Shown in pieces: positions 8,421-20,400 of a stretch of DNA of 64,000 nucleotides. A program made the position numbers and the translations under genes. The stretch is from an uncultured Clostridia bacterium (GTDB lineage: Bacteria; Bacillota; Clostridia; Christensenellales; UBA1242): the NCBI GenBank assembly GCA_944372585.1, contig CALVZQ010000002.1, positions 31,425-95,424 of the forward strand, written 5' to 3'. Numbering within the stretch: position 1 is the stretch's first letter; each line of letters opens with the position of its first letter. Below the pieces are notes generated by a model. The model had not been told where the DNA came from. It did not search any database and saw nothing but the letters and a program-made list of their open reading frames with translations.

Positions 8421-9140
8421 TTACATGTTTTTTGTTTGTAGAATCTCAAGATATTTTCCGTCTTTGTCATTTGTAACAAGATTCTTTCTCACTTTGACAC
8501 CCTGCTTTCCACCTTTAACCGCTCTCAAAACTGCAAGTTTGACATCTCCTTTGCCATTTTCTGTGAAAAACAATTCTTTGACAGCCAAATTTTTATTCTG
8601 ACACGTTGTAATAAGTTCACAAACCCTTTCTGCACTGTAACAACAATAAAACGTTCCACCAAAACGCAACATACTGCCAGCAACTTCCACCAATGTCCCA
8701 AGTGGCAAAGTGGCATCTTCTTTTGCAATTTTTTTTACTTTTGATTGTTCAAAGTTTGTCGGTTTGAAATATGGCGGATTTGAAAAAACAATATCAACAC
8801 TCTCTTTTTTGATGTATTTTTCAAAATTTTTGACATCATCACAAATGAGTGCAATTTTGTCGCTTAGATTGTTTAATTTCAAATTTTTCTTGCATAATTG
8901 CTGCAATTCTTGCTGCAATTCAAAAGCATAGATTTTTTTTATTTTGTTTTTTGCTTGAACAAGAATGGAAATCACTCCACAACCTGCACCAATTTCAACA
9001 GCAATATCTTTTGCTTTCGCTTTAATGAAATTTGCCAAAATCACACTGTCAGACGTGAAAGTGTATAAGTCTTTGTTTTGAATGATTTTCAATCCATGAC
9101 ACTGCAAATCTTCCAGTCTTTCACCCTTATCTAAATTCAT
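8421..9140 (-). CDS. SAM-dependent N6-adenine methyltransferase, YabB/TrmN6-like
   Basis: VEIGAGCGVISIL (SAM motif) and FSNPPYF (NPPY motif IV). 4-nt overlap with the yaaT-like gene, as in the Bacillus holB-yaaT-...-yabB region. Confidence 0.8.
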   Translation of the reverse strand: MNLDKGERLEDLQCHGLKIIQNKDLYTFTSDSVILANFIKAKAKDIAVEIGAGCGVISILVQAKNKIKKIYAFELQQELQQLCKKNLKLNNLSDKIALICDDVKNFEKYIKKESVDIVFSNPPYFKPTNFEQSKVKKIAKEDATLPLGTLVEVAGSMLRFGGTFYCCYSAERVCELITTCQNKNLAVKELFFTENGKGDVKLAVLRAVKGGKQGVKVRKNLVTNDKDGKYLEILQTKNM

Positions 9141-9958
9141 TTTTCTTCCTTTTTGAACTTCACTTCTTCAAGAGGATAAGTTTTATATTCAAAGTCATCA
9201 CCATTGACAAACTTTATTTCAACCTCTCGTTTCAACAAATCATTGAAAACAACCGTTCCGCGTCCATCTTTTGTGGAAACATTTGTTCCAACTTTTGGCA
9301 TGAGCTTGATAGATTCTTGATAAATTGGATTTTCATAAGCAATGCAACACATAAGTTTTCCACACAGCCCACTTATACTCGCAGGATTTAAAGATAAGTT
9401 TTGATTTTTTGCCATTTTCATTGAAACATGGTCAAATTCTCCCATGTTTTGAACACAACAACAAATTTTCCCGCATGGACCAAAACCTCCAAGCATTCTG
9501 ACTTCATCACGACTGCCAATTTGTCTAAGTTCCACTCTTTTTTTCAAGGTTTCTGCAAGTTTTTTGACAAGCTCTCTGAAATCCACACGATTTTCTGCAG
9601 TAAAGTTGATGATATACCTGCTGTTGTCATAACTCGCTTCGACCAAAACAATTTTCATCTCAAGCCCAAATTCTTTGACAATCTTTTTCACAGTTGGATA
9701 AAGTTTCCCTGCTTCTTTGTCAAATTTTTCCGCTTTTTCAACCACATCTTTCGTTGCAATCTTGAGAACTTTTTTCAACGGAGAAAGCAGTCTCGCAGGG
9801 TCAATGCTCTCCTCCTCTTTCACAATGACACCAAGATCTGTTCCTTTTTCGGTGTCCACCAAAACATAGTCACCATTCTTCAAATGAAGTCCATTTGGGT
9901 CGAACGAATAAACATGGTTGCCATTCTTAAATTTTACTCCCACAACCTCTATTTGCAT
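9137..9958 (-). CDS. yaaT: PSP1-domain protein YaaT/RicT
   Basis: PSP1-like N-terminal region and Cys cluster GPCGKICCC...GLCGKLMCC typical of YaaT/RicT. Overlaps holB by 10 nt. Confidence 0.85.
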   Translation of the reverse strand: MQIEVVGVKFKNGNHVYSFDPNGLHLKNGDYVLVDTEKGTDLGVIVKEEESIDPARLLSPLKKVLKIATKDVVEKAEKFDKEAGKLYPTVKKIVKEFGLEMKIVLVEASYDNSRYIINFTAENRVDFRELVKKLAETLKKRVELRQIGSRDEVRMLGGFGPCGKICCCVQNMGEFDHVSMKMAKNQNLSLNPASISGLCGKLMCCIAYENPIYQESIKLMPKVGTNVSTKDGRGTVVFNDLLKREVEIKFVNGDDFEYKTYPLEEVKFKKEEK

Positions 9959-10905
9959 AAATATTTAACCTCCAGCATTTTTAACAAAAAATTATCAACA
10001 GAAACCGTCAAATTTGCATTAAATTCCAATTTCTCTCTCAATGAAGAAATCAATTTTGAAATTTCGCAGAGAGCTTCAACAGAAAATTCTGGCTCGACAT
10101 CTTTCAAGTCGTCATAATAAGGTTTGAGTTTGCAAAGATTTTCACTTTCGCATTTGATTTTGATTATGTCTTCAATGCATATTGACATAACTTGCAAAAT
10201 CAAGGTCAAGTCATCTTTAAATTCCAAAAATCGTTTTGAAAACAAAATGACTTGCTTGCTGTTTTTGAGCTCTGTAAACAAACTTACAGCAAACTTTACA
10301 ATCACTTTCAAATTTTCATTGTGAGCAAGAATCTGCGTTTTCCCAATATATCCCTCACCCAAAATGTTTGCCAAAGTATTGTCAGAATATTTTTCAATTG
10401 CTTTCTCATCAAGTGGAGAAATTTTGATTTTTTCACAACGACTTTTTATTGTCGGCAAAACTCTGTCTTCACTTTTTGTGTGTAAAAGAAAATAAACATT
10501 TTTTGGAGGCTCTTCCAAAATTTTCAAAAGTTTGTTTTGGGCCTCCTCCGTGGAAACATCAAAATTTTTGATTATGAAAATTTTATTTGGCAAATTGACA
10601 GGTTTGACATATGCCTCTGCAACAATCTCATTGGAATCTGCAACCAACAATTTTTCATTGTTCTTTGGGTATACCTTGACATCTAAATCAACGTTTTTTT
10701 CAATCTTGACAAACTCCGAACTATTTTCATTGAACATCTCAAACGCTGGATATTCCAAAAGTGTCGCAGTCAAAATAAGCACCTTGGAAGCAGTGATGTC
10801 ATCTTCACAAACAAAGAGCAATGCACTGCTCAGAGTGTTTTTTTCTTTCTGAGCAATCAAATTTTTGAAAAAGTCTTGATTTTCTATAATTTCAGTCAAA
10901 TCCAT
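9949..10905 (-). CDS. holB: DNA polymerase III delta-prime subunit
   Basis: LLKILEEPPKNVYFLLHT...LPTIKSRC signature. Degenerate Walker A, as is common for delta-prime. Confidence 0.8.
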   Translation of the reverse strand: MDLTEIIENQDFFKNLIAQKEKNTLSSALLFVCEDDITASKVLILTATLLEYPAFEMFNENSSEFVKIEKNVDLDVKVYPKNNEKLLVADSNEIVAEAYVKPVNLPNKIFIIKNFDVSTEEAQNKLLKILEEPPKNVYFLLHTKSEDRVLPTIKSRCEKIKISPLDEKAIEKYSDNTLANILGEGYIGKTQILAHNENLKVIVKFAVSLFTELKNSKQVILFSKRFLEFKDDLTLILQVMSICIEDIIKIKCESENLCKLKPYYDDLKDVEPEFSVEALCEISKLISSLREKLEFNANLTVSVDNFLLKMLEVKYLCK

Positions 10906-10960
10906 GAAACAATTTTAACACAATTTCTCCCAAAATGCAAAAATAAAATTGCATTATTTT

Positions 10961-13633
10961 CTAATGCAATTTTTTCTTTCTGATTCTGTTTTCAACCCAT
11001 TTATAAAGTTCTCCAATAAAAATGATTGACACAGAGCACAAAACGACAACAATCCAACAAGATAAATTAAGATTTTCAAGTTGCAAAATTTGTCCAAATC
11101 CCGTGCAAGCTATCAAAATCAAAAGACCAAATCCAAGCAGAAGTGACAGTGTGAAAAATTTGTTTTTGAATGGATTACTTTTGAAACAACTCTCTTTTGT
11201 TCTTGCCGTAAACATAAAAAACAACTGAATAAGGTTGAGCGTGTAGAAAGCCATTGTGATGGCAATTGATTCGTTGTGCATGAAAAGTCCAAAAAGATAT
11301 GCCACCATTGTCAAAATTGTCTGAATTGCTCCCAAAATCACAATGCTTGCTCCAGCTCCACCAGAAAACAAACTTTCATTTTTCTTTCTCGGTTTTTCAA
11401 ACATGATTTCTTTTTCAACGGGCTCAACCCCAAGAGCAATTGCCGGCAAAGAGTCAGTGATTATGTTGACAAACAAAATTTGAACAGGCAGAAGAAAAGT
11501 CATTCCAGGGAACAAGATTGTGATAAAGAAAAGTGCCAAAATTTCTGCCATATTTGCAGAGAAGAGATATTTGACGGTCTTTTGAATATTGCTATATATC
11601 TTTCTTCCCTCCTCAACAGCAATGATGATCGTTGCAAAATTGTCATCAGTGATGATTATGTCCGCAACATCTTTTGTGACATCTGTTCCAGTTTTTCCCA
11701 TTCCAATTCCAATGTCTGCTTTCTTCAGACTTGGTGCGTCATTGACTCCATCTCCTGTCATTGCAACAATATGCCCATTTCTTTTGAGTGCCTGCACAAT
11801 TCTGACCTTGTGTGTTGGACTGACACGAGCAAAGACACATTTTTTCTCGGCAACTTTGGAAAGTTCTTCATCACTCAACAGTTCGATTTCTTCACCAGAT
11901 ATGACATCATCAAGTTTTTTTGCAATTCCAACTCTTTTCGCAATTGCAAAAGCGGTATCTTTATAGTCTCCAGTTATCATGACTGGACGCATACCGGCTT
12001 TTCTACACCTTTTGACCGCTCCCTCAATCTCTGGTCTTGGTGGATCTTGAAGTCCGCAAATTCCAAGAAAGACAAAATGTTCTTCGTCAATTTGATTGTC
12101 AAAATTTTGTTTAAATGCAAAACTTATGACACGTAAAGCATTGTCACACATATTTTTGTTTTGATATAGAATATTTTTTCTGACAGTTTCATCAAGTGGC
12201 AAAACTTTTCCATCTTTCAAATAATTGTCACAACATTTCAAAACCCTGTCAAGAGCACCCTTCATGAAGCAAACTTTTTCACCATTGACAGAATTGAGAG
12301 TTGTCATTTTTTTTCGTTCGGAGTTGAAAGAAATCTCGTTGATTCTCGGATATTTCTTTTCTGCAATTTCTTTTTCCACTCCATGTTTCTTTGCAAAATT
12401 CAAAAGTGCAACTTCAGTCGATCCACCAACATAACCTTTTTCTCCAATTGATGCGTCGTTACACAACACCATTGAATTTAAAAAAATGTCAAAATTTTCA
12501 CTTTTCTCATCAAAAAAAACAAAAAAATCCTCAACATTCATCTTATTTTGAGTGATTGTTCCCGTTTTGTCCGAACAAATCACATCGCATGCACCCAAAG
12601 TCTCCACCGCGTGCATTCTTTTGACTATCGCTTTTTGTCTGGAAAGTTTTGCAATACCCAAACTCATTATGATTGTGATAACGGCTGGCATACTTTCAGG
12701 AATTGCAGCAACTGAAATCGCAACTGCAGTCAAAAATGCTTGCAAGATTTCAGACGGATTTGCAATGGACTCCAAAATGAATGTGACAGTTGCAACAAGC
12801 AAAATGAGGTATGTCAAAACCTTTCCAACTCCCTGTATGCTTTTTTGCAGTGGAGTGAGTTCTTTTTTTGTTTCTTTCAAACTTTCGGCAATCTTTCCAA
12901 GCTCGCTTTCTGTCCCAAGAGTGACAACAATTCCTTTTGCATGTCCATTTTCAACCACACTTCCAGCAAACACCATATTTTTTCTTTCAGCAAGTGGCAT
13001 ATCTTTGTTGTAAACAACATCAGCAAATTTTTCAACCGCTTCGCTTTCTCCAGTCAAAGATGACTCGTTGACTTTTATGTTGGAAGTTTCAATAAGTCGC
13101 AGGTCTGCAGGAACAATGCTTCCCGCCTCCAAGCAAACAATATCTCCAAAAACAAGTTCTATAGTTTTGATTTTGACAACTTTCCCATTTCTCAAAACAT
13201 TGGTTTCAGGTCGAGTTAAATCTTTCAAACTTTCAATAGCCTTCTCACTTTTCCGTTCTTGATAAACACCAAAAAGAGCATTTATAACGACAATTCCAAG
13301 AATGATTGCCCCATCGATAATTTCACTAGTCGAATTTTCAACCGCACCAATAACAATGGAAATAATTCCCGAAATCAAAAGCACCAAAACCATAAGTTCT
13401 TTGATTTGTGCAAAAAACTTTGAAACGAAAGACTGTTTTTTTTCACTTTTAATGAGATATTTCTGACTCTGCAAAATTCTTTCCTTTGCTTGCAATTCAC
13501 TAAGTCCATTCATGTTCGTTTCAAATTCTGACAAACATTGGTTGATATTTTTTTTGTAATATGATCTATCTTCCACAAACGACTCCTGCGATATCTTACG
13601 ATTGCAGAAATTCCAACTATTACTATTCGACAT
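10961..13633 (-). CDS. P-type cation-transporting ATPase, Ca2+-ATPase (P2A/YloB-like), 890 aa
   Basis: CSDKTGTITQN phosphorylation motif, MITGDYKDTA, MTGDGVNDAPSLKKADIGIGMG hinge, 10-TM architecture. Confidence 0.92.
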   Translation of the reverse strand: MSNSNSWNFCNRKISQESFVEDRSYYKKNINQCLSEFETNMNGLSELQAKERILQSQKYLIKSEKKQSFVSKFFAQIKELMVLVLLISGIISIVIGAVENSTSEIIDGAIILGIVVINALFGVYQERKSEKAIESLKDLTRPETNVLRNGKVVKIKTIELVFGDIVCLEAGSIVPADLRLIETSNIKVNESSLTGESEAVEKFADVVYNKDMPLAERKNMVFAGSVVENGHAKGIVVTLGTESELGKIAESLKETKKELTPLQKSIQGVGKVLTYLILLVATVTFILESIANPSEILQAFLTAVAISVAAIPESMPAVITIIMSLGIAKLSRQKAIVKRMHAVETLGACDVICSDKTGTITQNKMNVEDFFVFFDEKSENFDIFLNSMVLCNDASIGEKGYVGGSTEVALLNFAKKHGVEKEIAEKKYPRINEISFNSERKKMTTLNSVNGEKVCFMKGALDRVLKCCDNYLKDGKVLPLDETVRKNILYQNKNMCDNALRVISFAFKQNFDNQIDEEHFVFLGICGLQDPPRPEIEGAVKRCRKAGMRPVMITGDYKDTAFAIAKRVGIAKKLDDVISGEEIELLSDEELSKVAEKKCVFARVSPTHKVRIVQALKRNGHIVAMTGDGVNDAPSLKKADIGIGMGKTGTDVTKDVADIIITDDNFATIIIAVEEGRKIYSNIQKTVKYLFSANMAEILALFFITILFPGMTFLLPVQILFVNIITDSLPAIALGVEPVEKEIMFEKPRKKNESLFSGGAGASIVILGAIQTILTMVAYLFGLFMHNESIAITMAFYTLNLIQLFFMFTARTKESCFKSNPFKNKFFTLSLLLGFGLLILIACTGFGQILQLENLNLSCWIVVVLCSVSIIFIGELYKWVENRIRKKKLH

Positions 13634-13648
13634 TTTTTTCTTTCAAAT

Positions 13649-14410
13649 TCACAAAATAAAGGCAGAAGCAACGGCAATGGCCAAAAGATAAACAGAAAAC
13701 CATTTCAGATTTGATTTCACTGTGAGTTTTATCATCAGTTTGATTGAAATGATTCCAATCAAAAAAGCAGTTATGAAAGATATGATTGTCGGAAAAATTT
13801 GAATTTCCAATGCAACTTCTCCCACAACAATTTCATAGATTTCCATAAGCAAAGAAAGAAAAACAATTGGCACACTCATCAAAAAGGAAAACTTGGCAAT
13901 GTCTTCTTTTTTTCCACCGCTCATAAGTCCAGCACCTATCGTTGTGCCAGAACGAGAGATTCCTGGAAAAACCGCAAATCCTTGTGCAACCCCCATGAAA
14001 AATGCAGTTCGATAATTCATTTCAGTGCAAACATTCTTCTTTGACAATTTCTCAGAAATAAACAACAAAATTGCAGAAATCAAAAAACAAATCGGCAAAA
14101 ATCCACCGGTAAATGATTGTTTGATTATTGGCATAATCACAAGAACAATCAAGCAAGTCGGAATTGTTGCAACAACCAACATCATCGTTTGTTTTGAAAG
14201 CGGGTGTCTTATCATCTGCCACAGATCTTTGTAAAACACAACAACAATGGAAAGCAATGTTGCAACGTGAAGCAAAATGCTTATGAACAAGCTCTCCTGA
14301 ACTCCAAAAATTTGACTGAAAAGAACAAGATGTCCAGAAGATGAAACAGGCAAAAATTCTGTCAATCCTTGAATTAGACCAAGAAAAAATAAAGCAAGGA
14401 AATATTGCAT
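13649..14410 (-). CDS. uppP: undecaprenyl-diphosphate phosphatase
   Basis: LTEFLPVSSSGHL and PGISRSGTTI motifs of UppP/BacA. Confidence 0.93.
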   Translation of the reverse strand: MQYFLALFFLGLIQGLTEFLPVSSSGHLVLFSQIFGVQESLFISILLHVATLLSIVVVFYKDLWQMIRHPLSKQTMMLVVATIPTCLIVLVIMPIIKQSFTGGFLPICFLISAILLFISEKLSKKNVCTEMNYRTAFFMGVAQGFAVFPGISRSGTTIGAGLMSGGKKEDIAKFSFLMSVPIVFLSLLMEIYEIVVGEVALEIQIFPTIISFITAFLIGIISIKLMIKLTVKSNLKWFSVYLLAIAVASAFIL

Positions 14411-14465
14411 AATCGTCTCCTTGCTTTATTATATTGATTTGTTGCTGAAAATATTTGAATGTATA

Positions 14466-17400
14466 TTACCTTTTGGAAAGTTCTTCTCTTTGTCTCTTGC
14501 GTTTTCTACTGAGCAAAATCAAAATTATGAGAATTATGATCAACAGCAAAAGCAAACCAATGATCAGATAAATATACCAAATAGATTCAGTTTTTTCGAC
14601 AATTTGGGCATTAAATCCAAGAACTCCAAAAAGTCCATTATAGTGAACTGGATCGTAGAAATAAGCCGTGTAAATTCCGTTGATCTTGTGATTGTTGAAA
14701 TTAAAATGCCCGTTGAATGAATTTTCTTCGGTTCCGATAGGTGTCCAGAATTTTGATGTCAACTGCAAATCTTCCATCAAAATGAAATAGCAGTCTTTAT
14801 ATCTGATTCCTTCTGAATTTAAGTTTCCACCATTGACATACGTCATCATCAAGATCAAATCCTCGACAGACCAAATTTGGTAAGGGTCGCCTGATGTTCC
14901 TCGACCTTCAAACGAATTGACTGCCAGCAACTCCTCTTCCCAAAGTTCACGTCTGTATTCAATTTGAATTTGAACATTTCCGACAATATTATTTTGTTCC
15001 ATGAAATCAGTTGTCAGAATGATTATTCCATCTTCAGAATAGAACTCATTCATGTTTTCATATGCTCTGTCATAGTTCCTGATTATGATATTGTCAATCT
15101 CATATCTTGCATTTGTCACAGTGACAATTCTGATTTCTTGTCCTTCGTCACAACTCACAAAATCCACTCTTTGTCCATTGAAGGTCGTATATCCTGCCAG
15201 ATTTATGTTGTTATAGTCAATTGCAATATCAGAAATATCAGTCTCAATAAAGTCTCTAGAAATATAAACCGCCAAAATTTCATCTTGGAATGTTGGGATT
15301 ATCTCCAATGTCTGTCCTGCACAATCAGAAGGAACCGACATCGCAAAATAATACATATTTCCAGTGTATTCAACAAAGGAGATTTCTGCTCTGTTCCACA
15401 CAACTGCAAATCCAAAATCAACACTAAGCACAAATGTCAGTTTGTCGCCAACTCTGACATCAACTTGAGTAAGAGTTTTCAAGAATTCATCACCACTGTA
15501 TCCTCCAAGCCTGTAAGTGTTGTAACTGTTGTCCAAAGATTGCACCCTCAGGTTTGTGATCTGACCAAATGTTGTGTCGTAAGCTTCAAAATTCAATGTC
15601 ACTGTCACACCTTGCAAACTCATAACCAAATTTGTTTTTTGTGTTATTGTCATTTTCAATGTTTTGTCAAAAGAGAATGATCCATCATCAGAATTTTCCC
15701 AACGCAAAAACTCATATCCTTCACCAGCAACAGCCTCAATATTGAATTCTTTTGTCGTGTCAACATATCCTTCATTCAACAACAATATTGCTTGATTGTC
15801 ACTTGATTCTTGATAGAGATTGAATGATCCCTCTCCACCAAAAATGGTCACTTCAACTTTCGCAAAATATATCACTTGAATCCTACACTCAACAATTCGA
15901 TCATATTCGTTTGTTGACCAAGGAATGTCATTTGAGAACGACGTCACGTCTGTGAGCCAAATTCCATTTGCGTTCTTTTGACTGATGACAAACTTATAGA
16001 ATCTGTATCCTTCAATTTCTGGCGCTGTTATGTGAATGTCTGTGTTGAATGAAACTTCAATGTAAAGCGGAGCGGTTTCATAGAACCAAGAATTTGAAAA
16101 ATCTATACCACTTATCATGTCTTGCGCAGTATAACCAGTTCTGACATCAGGAACAAACTCAAAACTGATTCTTGTTTTGAGATATGACCAATAGAGATAC
16201 AATTTGATTGTTATAACACCAGTTTCAGGATCAATGCTTGCATTTTCACTGAGTTCGTATTTTGATGTGAGCAAGTTCAAGACATATCCACTTTCTTGCC
16301 ATGCGTTGACGGCATTTCCTTGAGAATCAATATATTGCACACCCGCACCATTTTGATATGTGAAATATCCCTCAAAATTGTGTTGATCCTTCTGCAAATC
16401 AACTTTCAATTTTCCATTCAAGAAATAAATTCTTTCGTCAAAAATTGTGATGTTGTCAGCATTATATTGCGTCAGATTTAAAACAGAGTTAAAGTTTACA
16501 TTGTCAATTGTTGCAAGCAAATTTGTGTCTTCCATAAGTGCAACAGAATAAGACAAAGGGTTGACTTCAATCACAATGCTTGAAACTCCCAAATAATTTG
16601 CAACTCGGAAGGTTATCTTTCCAGTGTATCCAGATTCTGCAACATTAAGAGATTGATATGTGACACTGTTTGGCACAATGATGTTTCCACTGTCAACAAT
16701 TTGCAGATTGTCACCATCAACAATATATCCGGCACGAATCAAGGCATTGACTTCAAAATAGCTGTCAGTATATGCAGAAACGACAACAGCCGAATATTCC
16801 CTTCCAGATGTCCAAACTTTATTTCGATTTTCTTCTGTAATGTTGAAAGTGAATGCTCCACCTTCTACTTGAATGTCGTCATCGGTGAATAACAAGTTGA
16901 TAACATTTACTGTCGGTTTGAACAACACTTCAAAATACAATTCTTCGGTGCCTCCAACCAAACCGCTGATTTCAAAGAACAAATAGTCTTCCGTCTCTTG
17001 CAATTTTGAAATCAAAACATCTTGTCTGTTTGCCACTATGTTTGAGAACCTGTATCCTTCTTTCAATGTCATAACTTTGAGATAGATGATATCACCAGTG
17101 TATGCCATAACTTCAAAATTTTTGTTGCTGACAACTTGACCATCAACAAATGAATTTTCCATGTAGTGAATTCTTGTTCCCTCAACATAGCCATATCTGT
17201 TTACATCATTTCCGTTTGAATCTTGAAGAGCAATATATCCCACATCAACATCTTCCTCTCTTGCTCCATCAATATCTATTTTTGTTTCAAATTCAATGCT
17301 TAGACTATATGCCTTAACAACAATATATAGCTTGAAATCAACAATATTTTCATCAAGCAACAAACTTGAGATCTCAACTTCAACTTCTTCTTCATTGCTT

Positions 17401-20400
17401 TCTTGAATTTCTATATACTCAAATCTTTCACCATTTCTGAATCCATAACCATAGTACATATATCCAGTTGGAACTCTGAAGGTAATTGTTTTGTTGGATC
17501 CATAATAAAGTTCAATTCCTGCAATCTCTCTTCCTGTGTCCGAATCAAAATATCTTCCTCCTGAGATTTCTGTGTAAACAATTTCCGTCCTGTTTGGATC
17601 ATTGTATTCGTCATAGATTGTGTAATAGTTGTAAGTTGCAAATTGAATGTCAAATTTCAATGTGGAGAATATTGCATAGATGGTTTCATCTTGTGTGACT
17701 GTGTATTCCAGTGTCGCTTCAGTGCTGAAAAGATTTGTTCCGTCCTTGCTCCAACCTGCAAAATTGTAAAGTTCTTCTGCTTGATATGTCAATGTGACAA
17801 CAGAATTATATTCAACCTCTGCCTGAGTCTCCCCTTCAACAAAAGCAACATTTCCTGGAATGTCAACCATTTCTTGATTTTCGTTGAATGACACAACCTG
17901 CATATTGATGGTAAATCTTGCCAAGGTGTGACTAATCACAATTTCTCCGCTTGAATTGATTGCAGACAACTCAAAGAGGTAATTGTCAATGTATGCCCCA
18001 GTTTCGATCAATTGATATTCCACGTCAAAATCATCACATTCGTATGAGCCAAATGCATAGCCATGATCAAACTTGACATAAAAACTGAAAGTCGAACCAG
18101 TTTTTGCTGTAAACATTGGCAATTCGTTGATTGTGTTATATGTCCTTCCAGCAACTTCAATAGATTCAACCACCGAAGGATCTTCAAATGAGATTGCAAT
18201 CTGATTTTCGTTTTCTGTCACTGACACATATGCCGTCAAATCATTGCTAATTCCTTCAACTGTTGCTGTCAAAATGCCATTTTCTACATTTTTGTCAACT
18301 CTCAAAACAGAATCGCCTTCAAATGTTATGTCAGCAACAGCATATCCTGTTTCTGCAGAAATAATAAGTCTGAAAGTTCTTCCTGTTTCAACTCTGAACT
18401 GATTGTTTGTTATGTCAATTTCTGTTTCCTCTTCTGTCACATCATACGCAACCACAGAAGCCAAGTGTTCTCCTTGAATTGTCACAGTGTTTCTGACTGC
18501 AACAACTGGCAATTGATAACTTACATTCTCTGCTGGCATTGTGAATTTTACGTTTGCAGTCTTGTCAGCATTTATGACAACATCAAATCCTTGTGACCAA
18601 GCGGAAGAAATTTCATATCCATTGATTGGTGTAACTTTGAAAGTGATTTCTATGTTGTATGGCACATCATTTGCTATATATGATGAATTTGATTTGACAA
18701 AAGTGATGTTTGCTTCACTTATTGTTGCATATGGTGAAATCAATTCGAGAACATAATTGTCAATTGACCAATGAGCCGTCAAAGTGTGTGGTTCGGTGGA
18801 AGTCAGGACATCTCCACCATACACTCTTTGCTCAGAAGAATCAAACCAACCATCAAAGATGTGACCTTCTCTCATTGGATTTTCAACCCAACCAACTGCT
18901 GTCTGATAAGCCTGACCAAATGGAACTGAAATTTGTTGAGTGATTCCATCAAAGCCATAGTCAAGTGTGACAACAACTCCGATTTCTTCCAAATTTGGCT
19001 TCAAGGTCAATGTCATGCTTTCGTCATCAGAATTTGGCAAAAGTGTCGTAATGTTTGTAGATTCAAAAGCAGATTTCTCAACCGTTTCAGTTGAAGTGCT
19101 GTAACTTACGATTTCAAAGCCAGTTTTCAAAATGTTTGGCAAATCCGACAAATACATATCCTGCAAAGTCAAATAGTCTGTTTCCCATTGATATTGAGAA
19201 TTTCCAATATCCTCAAAGTCACTTGATTCAATAATCGCATCAGCATGCTCTTGAAGATCCAAAATGACGTTAACTTTTTGAATTGCAAATCTCACAACCA
19301 AATTGTAGGTTTGTCTAACATTCGTGATTGTAAACACTTCAGTTTCGCCATCACTGACGATTGATATAAAAGGCTCTGTCCCTGTGTATCTTCTTCCTTC
19401 CGAATCATAGAATCCTGCAAAATAGCAATGTTCATTTGGAATTGCTCTCAATGTGAGTGTGCTGTCGTAATCAAAATCTCCCAAGAAGTTTGTTGTTACA
19501 ACAGAATTTTCTGTGCTTGGATCTCCATCATCAATCACAACACTTCCATAACTTGCATTATTTCCATTTTCATCAGCAAGAACAATGGTGATTCTGTATT
19601 GATTTGTGTTCCAGTTTGCATTGAAAACAAAATTCAAATCAGAATGGTTTTTGTAATAATACCCCAACAAGTCATTCTCATCTGTAAGCAGAGCATTCAA
19701 AAATCTAACAGTGTTTTCGTCATTGCCAACAACAACTGAATATGTTGATCCGTCATAATCTTTGACAAGGGCATATGTTTGAACAAGATCTTCAAGATAG
19801 ACAAGTTCATCAGAGCCATTGACAATATTTTCAAACTTCAAGGTCCAATTGAGAAAAGCAAAACCGGTTTTTCCTGTCAAGGACGTTGGAAAGTTTTTGA
19901 CTGAATTGGTCGAACTTGATGCTGAATTTGCTGTCAAATATGATGTTGACATAAATGGGAATGCAAGTTGAGACAATGTTGGAAGTTGATTGTCATCAAC
20001 ATTTGATGTGACATCTTCACCGTCAGCATGATAATCAAATTCAATGCCAACCATAATTGCTTTGATGACACCATACATCCAAGGAGAAATGACATAGTTG
20101 TCACTATCTTCTCCTGTCAATTCAAAATTTATCTGAATCGCCTGCCCAACATATTCGTTCACATAACGGGCTGACAAAACCTGAACCGAATCAACATCTC
20201 CCTCTTCGCTTTGATTGATTCCCGAAACATCAAAAAGCAAACCGCCCTGTTCATCAGTGATTTTCACTTCATTTGTTTCGTCGTAGGTTTTTGTAAAGAT
20301 ATCTTGCAAACTAACATCTTTCTCAACAAGTTGAAGTTCCTTTGGTGTGATGATAAGTTTTGCGGTCAATTCATCTTGTTCGACATTATCAATGATGTAT

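Noticed and set aside
14964-15680. Plus-strand ORFs nested inside the giant genes, for example 14964-15680 (238 aa), 26736-27239, 31455-31826, 51476-51793 and 52851-53204, plus many minus-strand off-frame ORFs.
   Set aside because: They are antisense or off-frame shadows of very long, clearly coding ORFs. Their products are Cys/Phe/Ile-rich low-complexity sequences typical of translating AT-rich DNA out of frame, and they lack RBS and family resemblance.
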